Of a stretch of DNA of 39,502 nt, positions 29,141 to 37,956 are shown piece by piece. The notes beneath the pieces are model-generated. The model ran no database searches. It saw only the letters and a list, made by a program, of their open reading frames with translations, and had not been told where the DNA came from. Both the position numbers and the translations under genes were made by a program. The DNA comes from Candidatus Limnocylindrales bacterium (GTDB lineage Bacteria; Eisenbacteria; RBG-16-71-46; SZUA-252). Positions within the stretch are counted from its first letter, which is position 1. Each line of letters begins with the position of its first letter. The stretch lies in assembly GCA_035300625.1 (NCBI GenBank), contig DATGVG010000193.1, positions 1 to 39,502 on the forward strand, given 5' to 3'.

Positions 29141-29226
29141 TCCTCCCTGGCGCCGGAGCGCCCAAGCGTAGCATGGGAAAGCGCCGTCGCGGCGCGGGGC
29201 GCGGGGAGCGGGAACAGGAGCGGGCA

Positions 29227-30651
29227 TCACCCCGTCCGGACCAGCGTCGCGACGCATTCGATGTGGGGCGTGTGCGGAAACATGTCCACCGGGCGGACCC
29301 ACTCGAGGCGGTAGCGGGACTCGCAGAAGAGCGCCAGGTCGCGGCCCAGAGTCGACGGATTGCACGAGACGTAGACAAGTCGCGGCGCCCCCATCCGGAT
29401 CAGCCGGCTCACCACGCCCGGATGAAGGCCCGCCCGCGGCGGGTCGACGAGCACCGCGTCGATGGCGGCCGGGCTCGCCGACCCCTCGGCGCCGAAGTGG
29501 TCGCGGAGCGCTTCCACCGCCTCCTCCCGGAGAAACCGGACGTTTGAGATCCCGTTCCTGGCGGCGTTCCGCTCGGCGTCGAGCACCGCCGCCGCGGACG
29601 ACTCGACCCCGATCGCCTCCCGCGCTCGGAGCGCGATCGGGAGGGTGAAGGTCCCAGTTCCAGAGTACAGGTCCAGCACCCGCTCGCCGCCGGTGAGGGC
29701 CAGTCCCTCGAGGGCGGTCTCGAGGAGGCGCTCCGCCTGCTCGGTGTTGGTCTGAAAGAACGAGGCCGACGAGATCTCGAAGACCAGTCCTCCCAGGCGC
29801 TCCTCGATGCGGTCCTTCCCCGCCAGCACCCGCTCCTCCTCGCCGACGGCTACCTGCGCCTTCCGGCGCGTCAGGTTCAGGAGGACGCTCGCGACCGCCG
29901 GGAAGCGCGCGGTGATCCGCCGCGCGAACCCCTCGAAGGCGGGGTGCGGGTCGCCCGCGACCAGGTTGACCATCACCTGGCCGGTCCGGACGCCCTCGCG
30001 GACGACGAGGTAGCGCAAAAGACCGGCGTGGCGGCGCGTGTCGTAGGGGGTCAGCTTTTCCTCGATCGCCCAGGCGCGGGTCTCGGCGACGATCTCGCTC
30101 GCGATCGGCCTCGCGATGTGGCAGCGCGCCAGGTCGAAGGCGCGATCGAAGAAGCCGCGGCGATGAAGTCCCAGGGTGAGTGTGCCGTCCGCGTCCCCCC
30201 GCCCGAATGAGAATTCCATCTTGTTCCGGTAGTGGAACTGGGACGGCGCCGCGATGACCGGCAGGGCGGCGGCGGCGATTCCGCCCAGATGGGCCAGGCA
30301 CGCCTCCACCTGCCGCTCCTTGTGGCGGAGCTGCTCCGGGTAGGCGAGATCCTGGAAACGGCAGCCGCCGCAGATCGCGACGTGCTCGCAGCGCGCCTCC
30401 ACCCGGAACGGGGAGGCTCGAAGAATCCGGTCCGCCCGCGCCTCGGCGTACTGGCGCTTCCTGCGGAACACGGTCGCCGCGACGCGATCGCCGGGGAGGG
30501 CGTTTTCGACGAAGACCACCAGGCCGTCGACCTTGGCAAGGGCGGCCCCGCCGAAGGCGAGATCCTCCACCTCCAACTCGAGCGTCGCCCCCCGGCGAAC
30601 GTCGGCGGCCGGGCGGGAAAATGGCGGTGCGGACGCTTGATTGTGGGTCAC
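29227..30651 (-). CDS. rlmD: TrmA/RumA-family 23S rRNA (uracil-C5)-methyltransferase
   Basis: N-terminal TRAM-like domain (LEVEDLAFGGAALAKVDGLVVFVENALPGDRV), an Fe-S cysteine cluster (CEHVAICGGCRFQ), a SAM fold (VLDLYSGTGTFTLPIA) and the catalytic tail VYVSCNPSTLGRDL...DMFPHTPHIE. The exact rRNA target is not resolvable from sequence alone. Confidence 0.8.
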   Translation of the reverse strand: MTHNQASAPPFSRPAADVRRGATLELEVEDLAFGGAALAKVDGLVVFVENALPGDRVAATVFRRKRQYAEARADRILRASPFRVEARCEHVAICGGCRFQDLAYPEQLRHKERQVEACLAHLGGIAAAALPVIAAPSQFHYRNKMEFSFGRGDADGTLTLGLHRRGFFDRAFDLARCHIARPIASEIVAETRAWAIEEKLTPYDTRRHAGLLRYLVVREGVRTGQVMVNLVAGDPHPAFEGFARRITARFPAVASVLLNLTRRKAQVAVGEEERVLAGKDRIEERLGGLVFEISSASFFQTNTEQAERLLETALEGLALTGGERVLDLYSGTGTFTLPIALRAREAIGVESSAAAVLDAERNAARNGISNVRFLREEAVEALRDHFGAEGSASPAAIDAVLVDPPRAGLHPGVVSRLIRMGAPRLVYVSCNPSTLGRDLALFCESRYRLEWVRPVDMFPHTPHIECVATLVRTG

Positions 30652-30726
30652 CGGCCGATCTTACACCACGGCGCAAACCCCAAGAACGGGCTTAGGGTAG
30701 CTCGTCTCAGGGCCGATAGGAGACGC

Positions 30727-31395
30727 ATGCGGTCTCGACCGACCGCCGGGGGCGTCGTCCTGGGCCTGCTCCTGGCAAACTCAGCCGTTGCGGGAACGAT
30801 CGTGGGGTCGGTGACACTCACGCCGGCCGACCTTTCGTTCCGCGGGGGAGCCAGATCGAATGCGTATGTGGGACAACTCAGCGGAGCGGCCGGAAATTCC
30901 GGATCCGTGGTTCCATCCGACACCACCTACGGCGTCGCCTACCTCTCGGACGTCCCGATCACGGAAGCCCCGCCGGCGTCCGTCCTCCTCGACCAGAAGG
31001 GGCAGAGGTTCATTCCTCGGATTCTTGCGGTCGTGGTGGGGCAGGCCGTGGAATTCCGGAACAGCGACAACGTCTTTCACAACGTGTTCTCGTACTCCCC
31101 GCCCAAGCGGTTCGACCTCGGACGTTACCCCCGGGGAAAGTCGAAGCGACTGATCTTCCAGAAGCCCGGGCTGGTCCAGGTCTTCTGCGACATCCATTCG
31201 GACATGCGCTCGGACATCGTCGTCGTTCCCAGCCGCCGCTTTGCGTACGTCGGGGCGGACGGCCGTTTCCGCATCGAGGATGCGCCGGAGGGGAAGCACA
31301 CGTTGGTGCTATGGCTCCCGCGGCGGGGGGAGCGGACCGCCTCGATCGAGGTCGCCGCGAATGGAACGACGGCCGCCGTTCTCGGCGCCGAGTGA
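30727..31395 (+). CDS. Exported cupredoxin-like protein with a type-1 copper ligand set and a CarboxypepD_reg-like C-terminal domain
   Basis: ATG 30727 has AGGAG 4 nt upstream. After a signal peptide come the candidate ligands His (VFHNVFS) and C-x2-H-x2-M (FCDIHSDM), spaced as in amicyanin. The C-terminal part, GRFRIEDAPEGKHTLVLW, is beta-sandwich-like. Confidence 0.65.
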   Translation: MRSRPTAGGVVLGLLLANSAVAGTIVGSVTLTPADLSFRGGARSNAYVGQLSGAAGNSGSVVPSDTTYGVAYLSDVPITEAPPASVLLDQKGQRFIPRILAVVVGQAVEFRNSDNVFHNVFSYSPPKRFDLGRYPRGKSKRLIFQKPGLVQVFCDIHSDMRSDIVVVPSRRFAYVGADGRFRIEDAPEGKHTLVLWLPRRGERTASIEVAANGTTAAVLGAE

Positions 31396-31408
31396 CGCCC
31401 CGGCACCG

Positions 31409-33310
31409 ATGACGCGCCGCCCCCGCATCTCCCTTCTTCTCAAGATCACCGCCCTCACGTCCCTTCCGATCCTGGGGGTGATGGTGGCCGCGCTCTTCCT
31501 GGTGAATTACCGCCTAGCGGACGAGGTGAACAAGACGGTCACGTCCGACCTCTCCCGCGCCGCCCTCGCCTTCGAGAACCAGATGGAGCGCGAGGGCGAA
31601 AACCTCGAGCGGATCGGCGTGGTGGTGGCGCGCGATCCGAAGTTCTTCGCCCTCCTGATCCTGCCGCGGACCGACCGGCAGAACGCCGATTTCCATCAGA
31701 CTCTTCTCGGAGTGGCGAGCGACTTCCAGCGCGACGCCGAGACGCATCTCTTCGACGTGACCGACGAGCACGGGATCGTGCTCGCGGGAGCGGGCCGGAC
31801 CGATCCCCCGGGCGCGGACCGGTCGAGCTGGCCCCTCGTCCGGGCCGCGATGGCCGGGCGCCCGGGGCGAGGCTACCTGATCGAGGGCGATCGGGCCTAC
31901 CGCGTGGCCACCGTCCCCATCCTGGTCCAGGGCGAGCAGGTCGGCACCCTGACCCTCGGCCGCCTGATCGATTTGCCGCTGGCCGAGCGCCTGAAGGCGA
32001 CCACCCGGAGCGACGTGATCTTCGTCGTGGACCGCCAGGCTCTGATCCGGACAACGCAGCGGAGCGGGCTGGCGGAACGGCTCGCGGCTGCCCCCCCGAC
32101 GGCCGGCGTGACCCACGTCATCGACGGCGGCAGCCGGTTTCTCGCCCTGCGGGAACGGCTGGACGGCGCGACCTCGGGCGGCACGGTGGACTTCGTCCTC
32201 CTCCGCGCGCTCGACCAGGAGACCGCCGTCCTAGCGCGCATCAGCCGGGACCTCACCCTCGCGGGCGCGGCCCTGATCGTGGTGGCGCTCCTGGTCGGAT
32301 TCCTGGTCTCCAGCGGCATCACCCGCCCCGTGCGCCGGCTCGTGGAGGCGGCGTCCGCGATGCGCGACGGCGACTACGACTACCCGCTCGAGGTGACCTC
32401 CCGCGACGAGATGGGCCTTCTGGCGGCGCACTTCGAGGAGATGCGCGAGTCCCAGCGGCACGAGATCGAACGTCTCGAAGAGGTCGACCGCATGAAGTCC
32501 AACTTCATCGCCATCGCCTCCCACGAGATCCTGACGCCGGTCACCACCATCCGGGGCTACGCCGACCTCATGGGGGAAGGCACGGCAGGAGCCGTTACGG
32601 ACATGCAGCGGGAGGGATTTCGGGCCATCAAGAGCGCGGCGGACGCATTGACCCGTCTGGCGCGGGACCTGACCCACATGTCCCTGATCGACCGGCGGAA
32701 GCTGCCGGTCCAGCTCGCCCTGGTGGACGTCGGAGCACTGGTCGAGGAGGTGGCGGTGCACACCGTCTCTCTCGCCGCCGAGCGGAGCCAGATCGTGTCC
32801 ATCTCCATCGAGCCCGACCTGGGCCACCCGCGGATTGACGCGGGGTACCTGAAGCAGGCCATGACCAACCTGGCCATGAACGCCGTGCGCTTCACCCGCG
32901 ACGGGGGGTCGATCGAGATCGGCGCCCGGCGGGGTGGGGGCGAGGCGCCTGCCGGGGGGGCCGAAGGGGCGGCGAGTGCCGGTGCGGCGGAGGCAGGTGT
33001 GGGAACGGTCGAGATCTACGTGACCGACACGGGGATCGGAATCTCGAAGGACGACTTCGAGAAGATCTTCGCGAAGATCGTGGAGCTGAAGGACGTGAAC
33101 CTGCATTCCTCCGGCACCACGCAGTTCAACTCCTCCGGGCTGGGACTGGGGCTCTCCATCGCCCGGGGAATCGTGGAGGCGCATGGCGGCACGATCGAGG
33201 TGGAGAGCGAGGTCGGCCGGGGAAGCACCTTCACCATCGTGATCCCGCTCCCGCAGGCGGAAGTGGATCTGGTCCCGGGAAGCGACCTGGACCTCCCTCT
33301 AGCTAGCTGA
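31409..33310 (+). CDS. Membrane sensor histidine kinase (extracytoplasmic sensor, HAMP, HisKA, HATPase_c)
   Basis: ATG 31409 lies 13 bp after the cupredoxin stop. Two TM segments flank a domain of about 280 aa. Then come a HAMP-like region (ITRPVRRLVEAASAMRDGDYD), an H-box (ASHEILTPVTTIRGYADL), an N-box (NLAMNAVRFT) and G-boxes (DTGIGI, GLGLGLSIARGIVEAHGG). A Gly/Ala-rich insertion interrupts the ATPase domain. No response regulator is adjacent. Confidence 0.9.
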   Translation: MTRRPRISLLLKITALTSLPILGVMVAALFLVNYRLADEVNKTVTSDLSRAALAFENQMEREGENLERIGVVVARDPKFFALLILPRTDRQNADFHQTLLGVASDFQRDAETHLFDVTDEHGIVLAGAGRTDPPGADRSSWPLVRAAMAGRPGRGYLIEGDRAYRVATVPILVQGEQVGTLTLGRLIDLPLAERLKATTRSDVIFVVDRQALIRTTQRSGLAERLAAAPPTAGVTHVIDGGSRFLALRERLDGATSGGTVDFVLLRALDQETAVLARISRDLTLAGAALIVVALLVGFLVSSGITRPVRRLVEAASAMRDGDYDYPLEVTSRDEMGLLAAHFEEMRESQRHEIERLEEVDRMKSNFIAIASHEILTPVTTIRGYADLMGEGTAGAVTDMQREGFRAIKSAADALTRLARDLTHMSLIDRRKLPVQLALVDVGALVEEVAVHTVSLAAERSQIVSISIEPDLGHPRIDAGYLKQAMTNLAMNAVRFTRDGGSIEIGARRGGGEAPAGGAEGAASAGAAEAGVGTVEIYVTDTGIGISKDDFEKIFAKIVELKDVNLHSSGTTQFNSSGLGLGLSIARGIVEAHGGTIEVESEVGRGSTFTIVIPLPQAEVDLVPGSDLDLPLAS

Positions 33311-33381
33311 TCCGCGCCCATCAGTGCTCCCGTGCGATGGGCGCTCGGGGGGCTCCCATAGACAAGCGCCGCGGACACGTA

Positions 33382-33410
33382 TTGTCAAGCTTTGGCGACA
33401 TAACTAAACT
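33382..33410 (+). promoter_or_regulatory. Candidate sigma70-type promoter in the AT-rich island
   Basis: TTGTCA (33382-33387), a 17-nt spacer, then TAAACT (33405-33410). This would give a leader of about 240 nt ahead of the first sORF. It is a motif match only. Confidence 0.3.
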
Positions 33411-33653
33411 GCTATTAACTAATAAGTTACTAGGTGCCGCTGAGAGTAGTCACTCCCCACGGACACTCTGAAGCTCTCCGTAGCGCCGCAGCGCGCAAAT
33501 CGCCATCCCTGTAACGCACTTCCAATCAATGGATTAGCGCCCAAGATTTAACGTGCCTTGCAAATGGCATGGCGACTGCTTTGTAACCCTCGCGTCGAAG
33601 CTCACTCGCGGACGCGAGCAAGGCGACGGACCCCAAACCAGACGAGGTGTGAA

Positions 33654-33725
33654 ATGGCAGCTCTGATCCTGATCGCGATCTTCGTGTCATTGGCTGATGG
33701 CTCGGGCGGCAAGGCTGGCTGGTAA
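33654..33725 (+). CDS. Small ORF 1, 23-aa hydrophobic peptide MAALILIAIFVSLADGSGGKAGW
   Basis: ATG 33654 has an SD-like gaggtg just upstream, and TAA is at 33723-33725. A paralogous copy lies 137 bp downstream and differs almost only at synonymous sites. Too short to appear in the ORF track. Confidence 0.65.
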   Translation: MAALILIAIFVSLADGSGGKAGW

Positions 33726-33790
33726 CGAATCGGAAATGCGGTGCCGGTGACGAACGCAGCTGACCCAAACCGAAGAGAGGGGGTGACAGC

Positions 33791-33862
33791 ATGGCAGCTC
33801 TGATCCTGATCGCGATTTTCCTATCGTTGGCCGACGGTTCCGGAGGTAAGGCAGGCTGGTAA
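33791..33862 (+). CDS. Small ORF 2, 23-aa hydrophobic peptide MAALILIAIFLSLADGSGGKAGW
   Basis: ATG 33791 has an SD-like agggggtg 5 nt upstream, and TAA is at 33860-33862. An in-frame TGA at 33761 rules out a longer N-terminus. Of the 11 nt differences from sORF1, 10 are at third codon positions, and the only residue change is V to L. Confidence 0.65.
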   Translation: MAALILIAIFLSLADGSGGKAGW

Positions 33863-34092
33863 GCGGTAACGCCGCGGTCCCTACGCGGCGCCGTCTGCAG
33901 GGAGGGCGAACCCCTGGAGGCGGGTGAGGCGGACCGATGGGCCATCGGAAGAAGCCCCCCTGGTGGCCCGTCGTTTTGCCTGTGGCGGCGGAACGGATTC
34001 CAGGGGGGCGGCTGGCCAGCGGCGGGGGTGTGTGGTACCGTGGCCGGTCGTCTCCCAAGCCGTCGCATGGCACCGTAGGGAAGGGGCGCCGG

Positions 34093-36678
34093 GTGAGCAA
34101 ACGAACACCAGCCGAAGTCGGGCTGATGCTGCAACGCGATGTCCCGTCTGAAATTCCCCTCCTTCCCCTGATGAGCACCGTCGTTTTTCCCCTCGGTGTC
34201 ACCTCCATCCAGGTCCGCATCGAGCAATCGAAGGCCCTCCTCCGCGAGCACTCCGATCCCGACACGCTGGTAGCCCTGGTGTACAGCCCGGCGAAGCGGG
34301 AAGAGGAGATCCGGTCCGAAGAGCTGAGCAAGATCGGGCTCGCGGCCCGGATCATCCGGAGCATGAACATGCCCGGGGGAAACGTGCAGGTCACCCTCGA
34401 GGGACTGCGCCGCCTCCGGATCGAGGAGATCCTGCGCACCGAGCCCTACCTGATGGCACGCGTGACCTGTCCCGAGGAGACCGTCAGGGATCCCGAGAAG
34501 GTCCACGTCCTGATCAGCCGCATCCTCAAATCGCTGCGCACGCTCACGCAGCTGGACACCGGCTACCCGCCCGAGATGGACAACATCTTCAGCATGAACC
34601 TGGGCGACCCGGGACTGTTCGCCGACACGGTCGCCTCCATCGTCCGGTTCCCGCTCGAGATCAAGAAGCGCGTGATCGAGGCGCTCGATGTCGAGGGACG
34701 ACTGGCCGTGGTCGCGGAGGGGATCGATTCGGAGATCGCGCGGCTGAGTGTGGCCGAGGACGTGGTGCGGCGCACGAGCGCCCAGCTGGAGAAGAACCAG
34801 CGGGAGTTCTTCCTGCGCCAGCAGCTCATGGAGATCCGCCGCCTCCTGGGCGAGGACGACCCCCAGGAAATGCTGGTGCGGCAGATTCTCGAGCGCGCCG
34901 ACGGGCTGGCCCTGCCGTCGCACGTGCGGGCGGTGATGCAGGAGGAGACGAACCGGCTCCGCCTTCTGCCGCCCGCGTCGCAGGAGTCGGGAGTCATCCG
35001 GAACTATGTCGAGTGGCTCCTCTCGCTCCCCTGGGCGCGCGAGAAGCCGCCCGACATCCGGCTGGAAGAGGTGCAACGCCGGCTGAACGAGGAGCACTTC
35101 GGGCTGGAGAAGGTGAAGGAGCGGATCCTCGAATACCTCTCGGTGCTGAAGCTGAAGAACGACATGCACGGGCCCATCCTGTGCTTCGCGGGGCCCCCCG
35201 GCACGGGGAAGACCTCGCTGGGCGCGTCGATCGCCCGCGCCATGGGCCGCGCCTTCGTCCGCATGAGCGTGGGGGGCGTGCGCGACGAGGCCGAGATCCG
35301 CGGGCACCGCCGCACCTACGTCGGATCGCGGCCGGGGAAAATATTGAGATCCCTGCGCGACGCTCGCTCCTCCAGCCCGGTCTTCATGATCGACGAGATC
35401 GACAAGCTGGGGCACGACTCCGACGGGGATCCCGCCTCGGCCCTGCTCGAGGTGCTGGATCCGGAGCAGAACCGGCACTTCGTCGACCATTACGTCGAGA
35501 TTCCGTACGACCTGTCCGACATCCTCTTCATCACCACCGCGAACGTGCTGGACTTCATCCCCTCCGCGCTCCTCGACCGCCTGGAAGTGATCCAGATCCC
35601 GGGCTACATGGAGGAGGAGAAGCTGGAGATCGCGCGGCGCCACCTGGTGCCGCGCGAAGCGAAAGAGCACGGCCTGGCGGCCACCGACATCGCATTCGAC
35701 GACGCGGCCCTGATCAAGATCATCCGCGAGTATACCCGCGAGGCGGGCGTGCGGCAGCTGGAGCGCGCGATCGACACCTTTTGCCGGAAGGCGGCTCGTC
35801 AGCGCACCACCGGCTACACGGGAGACTGGCGCTTTTCGGTGGCCGACGTGGAGCCGATCCTGGGCCCGCCCTACATCGTCCCTGACGTCGCCGAGGGGCA
35901 CGCCGAGGTGGGCGTGGCGACGGGACTGGCCTGGACGGCCACGGGCGGCGACCTGCTCCTGATCGAGGCACTCAAGATGCGGGGCGCCGGCCGCGTGATC
36001 GTGACCGGCCAGCTGGGCGACGTCATGAAGGAGTCGGTGCAGGCCGCGCATTCGTACGTGCGAGCCCGGGCCGAGCTCCTGGGAATCGACCCCCAGCTAT
36101 TCGACGATTACGACCTCCACATCCACTTCCCCGAGGGCGCCGTGCCCAAGGACGGCCCCTCCGCCGGGATCACCATTGTCATGGCCATCGCCTCGGCGCT
36201 GGCCGAGGCGCCCATCCGGAACGACGTGGCCATGACCGGCGAGGTGACGCTGCGCGGCAAGGTGCTCGCGGTCGGGGGGCTTAAAGAAAAGGTCATGGCT
36301 GCCTACCGCGCCGGAATCAAGACCGTGGTCTTTCCGTCGGACAACCAGAAAGATTTGGTCGAGATTCCCGAGCCGATCCGCTCGAAGATCACGTTCATCG
36401 CGGTCAGCGCCGTGGACGAGGTCTTCCAGCACGCGTTCGCGGGCGTCGCCGAGCGCATCGCCCAGCTGGAGGCGAAGCGCAAGGCGCGCGAGGAAAAGCG
36501 GAAGTCGAAGACGCGGAAGACCCGCACGGTTCAGGCGGCGCGCCGGAGGAAACCCAAGCCCCCGAAGCGCGCACGCCTGCCCAAAGCCGCGGGCGCCACG
36601 CGAGCCGCGAAGGGGACGCGCGGGAAGACCGGCCGAAACGGACGTTCGGCAGCGCGTCGCGCCCAGCGTTCTCAGTAG
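34093..36678 (+). CDS. lon: ATP-dependent Lon protease (LonA) with a basic C-terminal extension
   Basis: Lon N-domain ([21 protein letters not shown]), Walker A ([11 protein letters not shown]), Walker B ([10 protein letters not shown]) and the S16 catalytic region ([19 protein letters not shown]). The start is either GTG 34093, with ggaagggg upstream, or ATG 34126 ([15 protein letters not shown]). Confidence 0.95.
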   Translation: MSKRTPAEVGLMLQRDVPSEIPLLPLMSTVVFPLGVTSIQVRIEQSKALLREHSDPDTLVALVYSPAKREEEIRSEELSKIGLAARIIRSMNMPGGNVQVTLEGLRRLRIEEILRTEPYLMARVTCPEETVRDPEKVHVLISRILKSLRTLTQLDTGYPPEMDNIFSMNLGDPGLFADTVASIVRFPLEIKKRVIEALDVEGRLAVVAEGIDSEIARLSVAEDVVRRTSAQLEKNQREFFLRQQLMEIRRLLGEDDPQEMLVRQILERADGLALPSHVRAVMQEETNRLRLLPPASQESGVIRNYVEWLLSLPWAREKPPDIRLEEVQRRLNEEHFGLEKVKERILEYLSVLKLKNDMHGPILCFAGPPGTGKTSLGASIARAMGRAFVRMSVGGVRDEAEIRGHRRTYVGSRPGKILRSLRDARSSSPVFMIDEIDKLGHDSDGDPASALLEVLDPEQNRHFVDHYVEIPYDLSDILFITTANVLDFIPSALLDRLEVIQIPGYMEEEKLEIARRHLVPREAKEHGLAATDIAFDDAALIKIIREYTREAGVRQLERAIDTFCRKAARQRTTGYTGDWRFSVADVEPILGPPYIVPDVAEGHAEVGVATGLAWTATGGDLLLIEALKMRGAGRVIVTGQLGDVMKESVQAAHSYVRARAELLGIDPQLFDDYDLHIHFPEGAVPKDGPSAGITIVMAIASALAEAPIRNDVAMTGEVTLRGKVLAVGGLKEKVMAAYRAGIKTVVFPSDNQKDLVEIPEPIRSKITFIAVSAVDEVFQHAFAGVAERIAQLEAKRKAREEKRKSKTRKTRTVQAARRRKPKPPKRARLPKAAGATRAAKGTRGKTGRNGRSAARRAQRSQ

Positions 36679-36693
36679 CCGCCCGCGGCGACC

Positions 36694-37014
36694 TTATCCG
36701 CGCGCCGGAGCGGCGCCCACCCTGCCGCCCAGCGATTCCAGCACGATCCACGTCGACAGGATCACGAAGGCCGCCCTGACGTCCGACCCCGGAGCCGCCT
36801 CGAAGAGGACATAGGCCTGCGCGCTCGCGAGCGCCAGGAATGCGGCGGCCCGCAGGAGCGCGCCCGCCGGACGCCGGAGCGCGCCGAGGTAGAGCGCCGT
36901 GCCGAAGAGAGCGCCGTGAACGGGGGCCACGCTCCACGAGCGGGGAGCGGCCGAGGCCAGCACGACCCCCAGCGCGACGGCCAGGAACAGGAGCCAAAGC
37001 CTCGTCCGCGGCAT
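36694..37014 (-). CDS. Hypothetical small integral membrane protein (about 3 TM segments)
   Basis: 106-aa ORF with three hydrophobic stretches. Its start lies 4 bp downstream of the stop of the upstream lipoprotein gene, suggesting co-transcription. No recognisable family. Confidence 0.5.
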   Translation of the reverse strand: MPRTRLWLLFLAVALGVVLASAAPRSWSVAPVHGALFGTALYLGALRRPAGALLRAAAFLALASAQAYVLFEAAPGSDVRAAFVILSTWIVLESLGGRVGAAPARG

Positions 37015-37018
37015 TGGG

Positions 37019-37729
37019 TCACTTCCCCGTCAGGAATTGGAGGCCGCAGGTGAGCGCGCCCCCGGCCGCCCCGATGGCGCAGCCGATCGCCGCTGCCTGA
37101 GGAAAGTTCGGAGCGATTTCCCTCCCCATTTCGGCACCCATCGAGCAGCCCGCGGGCATCCGCTCGGCGAGGCAGCCGAAGAGCTTTCCCCACTGGATTC
37201 TCGCGGGAGCCAGGTGCCCGATGTGGGGAGCGAGCGCGTACGCTTCCCCGGTCCGGATCCAGGCGATCTGGGTCCCCCACGTCGTCGCCTCAAAACCGAC
37301 TTCGCTGGGGTAGGGATCCCGCCCCACGATCATCTCCGCGAATTCCGCGGCCTGGAGTCCGGAAGCCTCCGCCACCGAGATGAACGCGGCGTGCGTGGAG
37401 TCGTTCCCCACGGAGAAGGGAAGGATGGTGAGCCCGACCGCCACCCCGCGGGAGTCTTCACCCACCGCGCGGACGGCGAGATCGCTTCGCGGCCTGAGGC
37501 CGGCGACGTTCGAGGTCGTGAGCGCCCGCTGGACCAACGGGTTCGCCCTGGCCTCGCGCACGGCGCCGGCCAGCGCCGCGGGCTCCCAAATCCAGCGGCC
37601 CGACACGACGTGAGGCGGGTCGACCGGTAGGTTGGGCGCCACCACCCGTTTCTCGTCCCCCCTCGAACACGAGGTCGCGACCAGGAGAAGCGGGATAACG
37701 GCGGCAAACCTCGGACGGATCCTGTTCAT
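37019..37729 (-). CDS. Hypothetical Cys-rich lipoprotein
   Basis: ATG 37729 is preceded by AAGGGGG with a 7-nt spacer. It has a signal peptide with a lipobox-like LLVATSC, and a Cys/Gly-rich C-terminus (FGCLAERMPAGCSMG...GCAIGAAGGALTCGLQF). The 399-aa track ORF is an unsupported upstream extension. Confidence 0.6.
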   Translation of the reverse strand: MNRIRPRFAAVIPLLLVATSCSRGDEKRVVAPNLPVDPPHVVSGRWIWEPAALAGAVREARANPLVQRALTTSNVAGLRPRSDLAVRAVGEDSRGVAVGLTILPFSVGNDSTHAAFISVAEASGLQAAEFAEMIVGRDPYPSEVGFEATTWGTQIAWIRTGEAYALAPHIGHLAPARIQWGKLFGCLAERMPAGCSMGAEMGREIAPNFPQAAAIGCAIGAAGGALTCGLQFLTGK

Positions 37730-37956
37730 GACGGCACCCCCTTCGATGACGCGCGGCACGCCGCGCACACGGTGCCGAGGGGCAGGGGCTGGAACACGCG
37801 ATGCACGAAGCGTTCCATCGCGAGGGGTGCACGTCCCCAGGAGACGCGGGCCCGCGGTGGGATCCGGGCGCGTCGGGAAACCGTCGGCGGCGGAAGTACT
37901 CGCGGCAGTGTACGGCGGCGGCGGCGGAGTTACGGGCGGCGATGGAGCGCGGGACT

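Noticed and set aside
29141-30676. Upstream 512 codons of the 1458-aa ORF 26300-30676(-)
   Set aside because: This part is Arg/Pro/Gly-rich junk overlapping the well-supported rlmD-like gene in another frame. The M16 protein has its own SD (AGGGAGGA), an ATG at 29140 and a signal peptide directly after it.
33564-33653. A 53-aa version of sORF1 starting at the in-frame ATG 33564 (MAWRLLCNPRVEAHSRTRARRRTPNQTRCE...)
   Set aside because: The extension has no counterpart in copy 2, where an in-frame TGA at 33761 blocks it. The nucleotide similarity between the copies begins only about 25 nt before the ATG. The SD-like element sits directly before ATG 33654. It is kept as an untested alternative.
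33654-33862. The sORFs as Ile/Leu attenuation leader peptides
   Set aside because: The LILIAI run superficially resembles ilv/leu leaders. However, there is no downstream branched-chain amino-acid biosynthesis gene, I could not identify a terminator/antiterminator pair, and tandem duplication of a leader is atypical.
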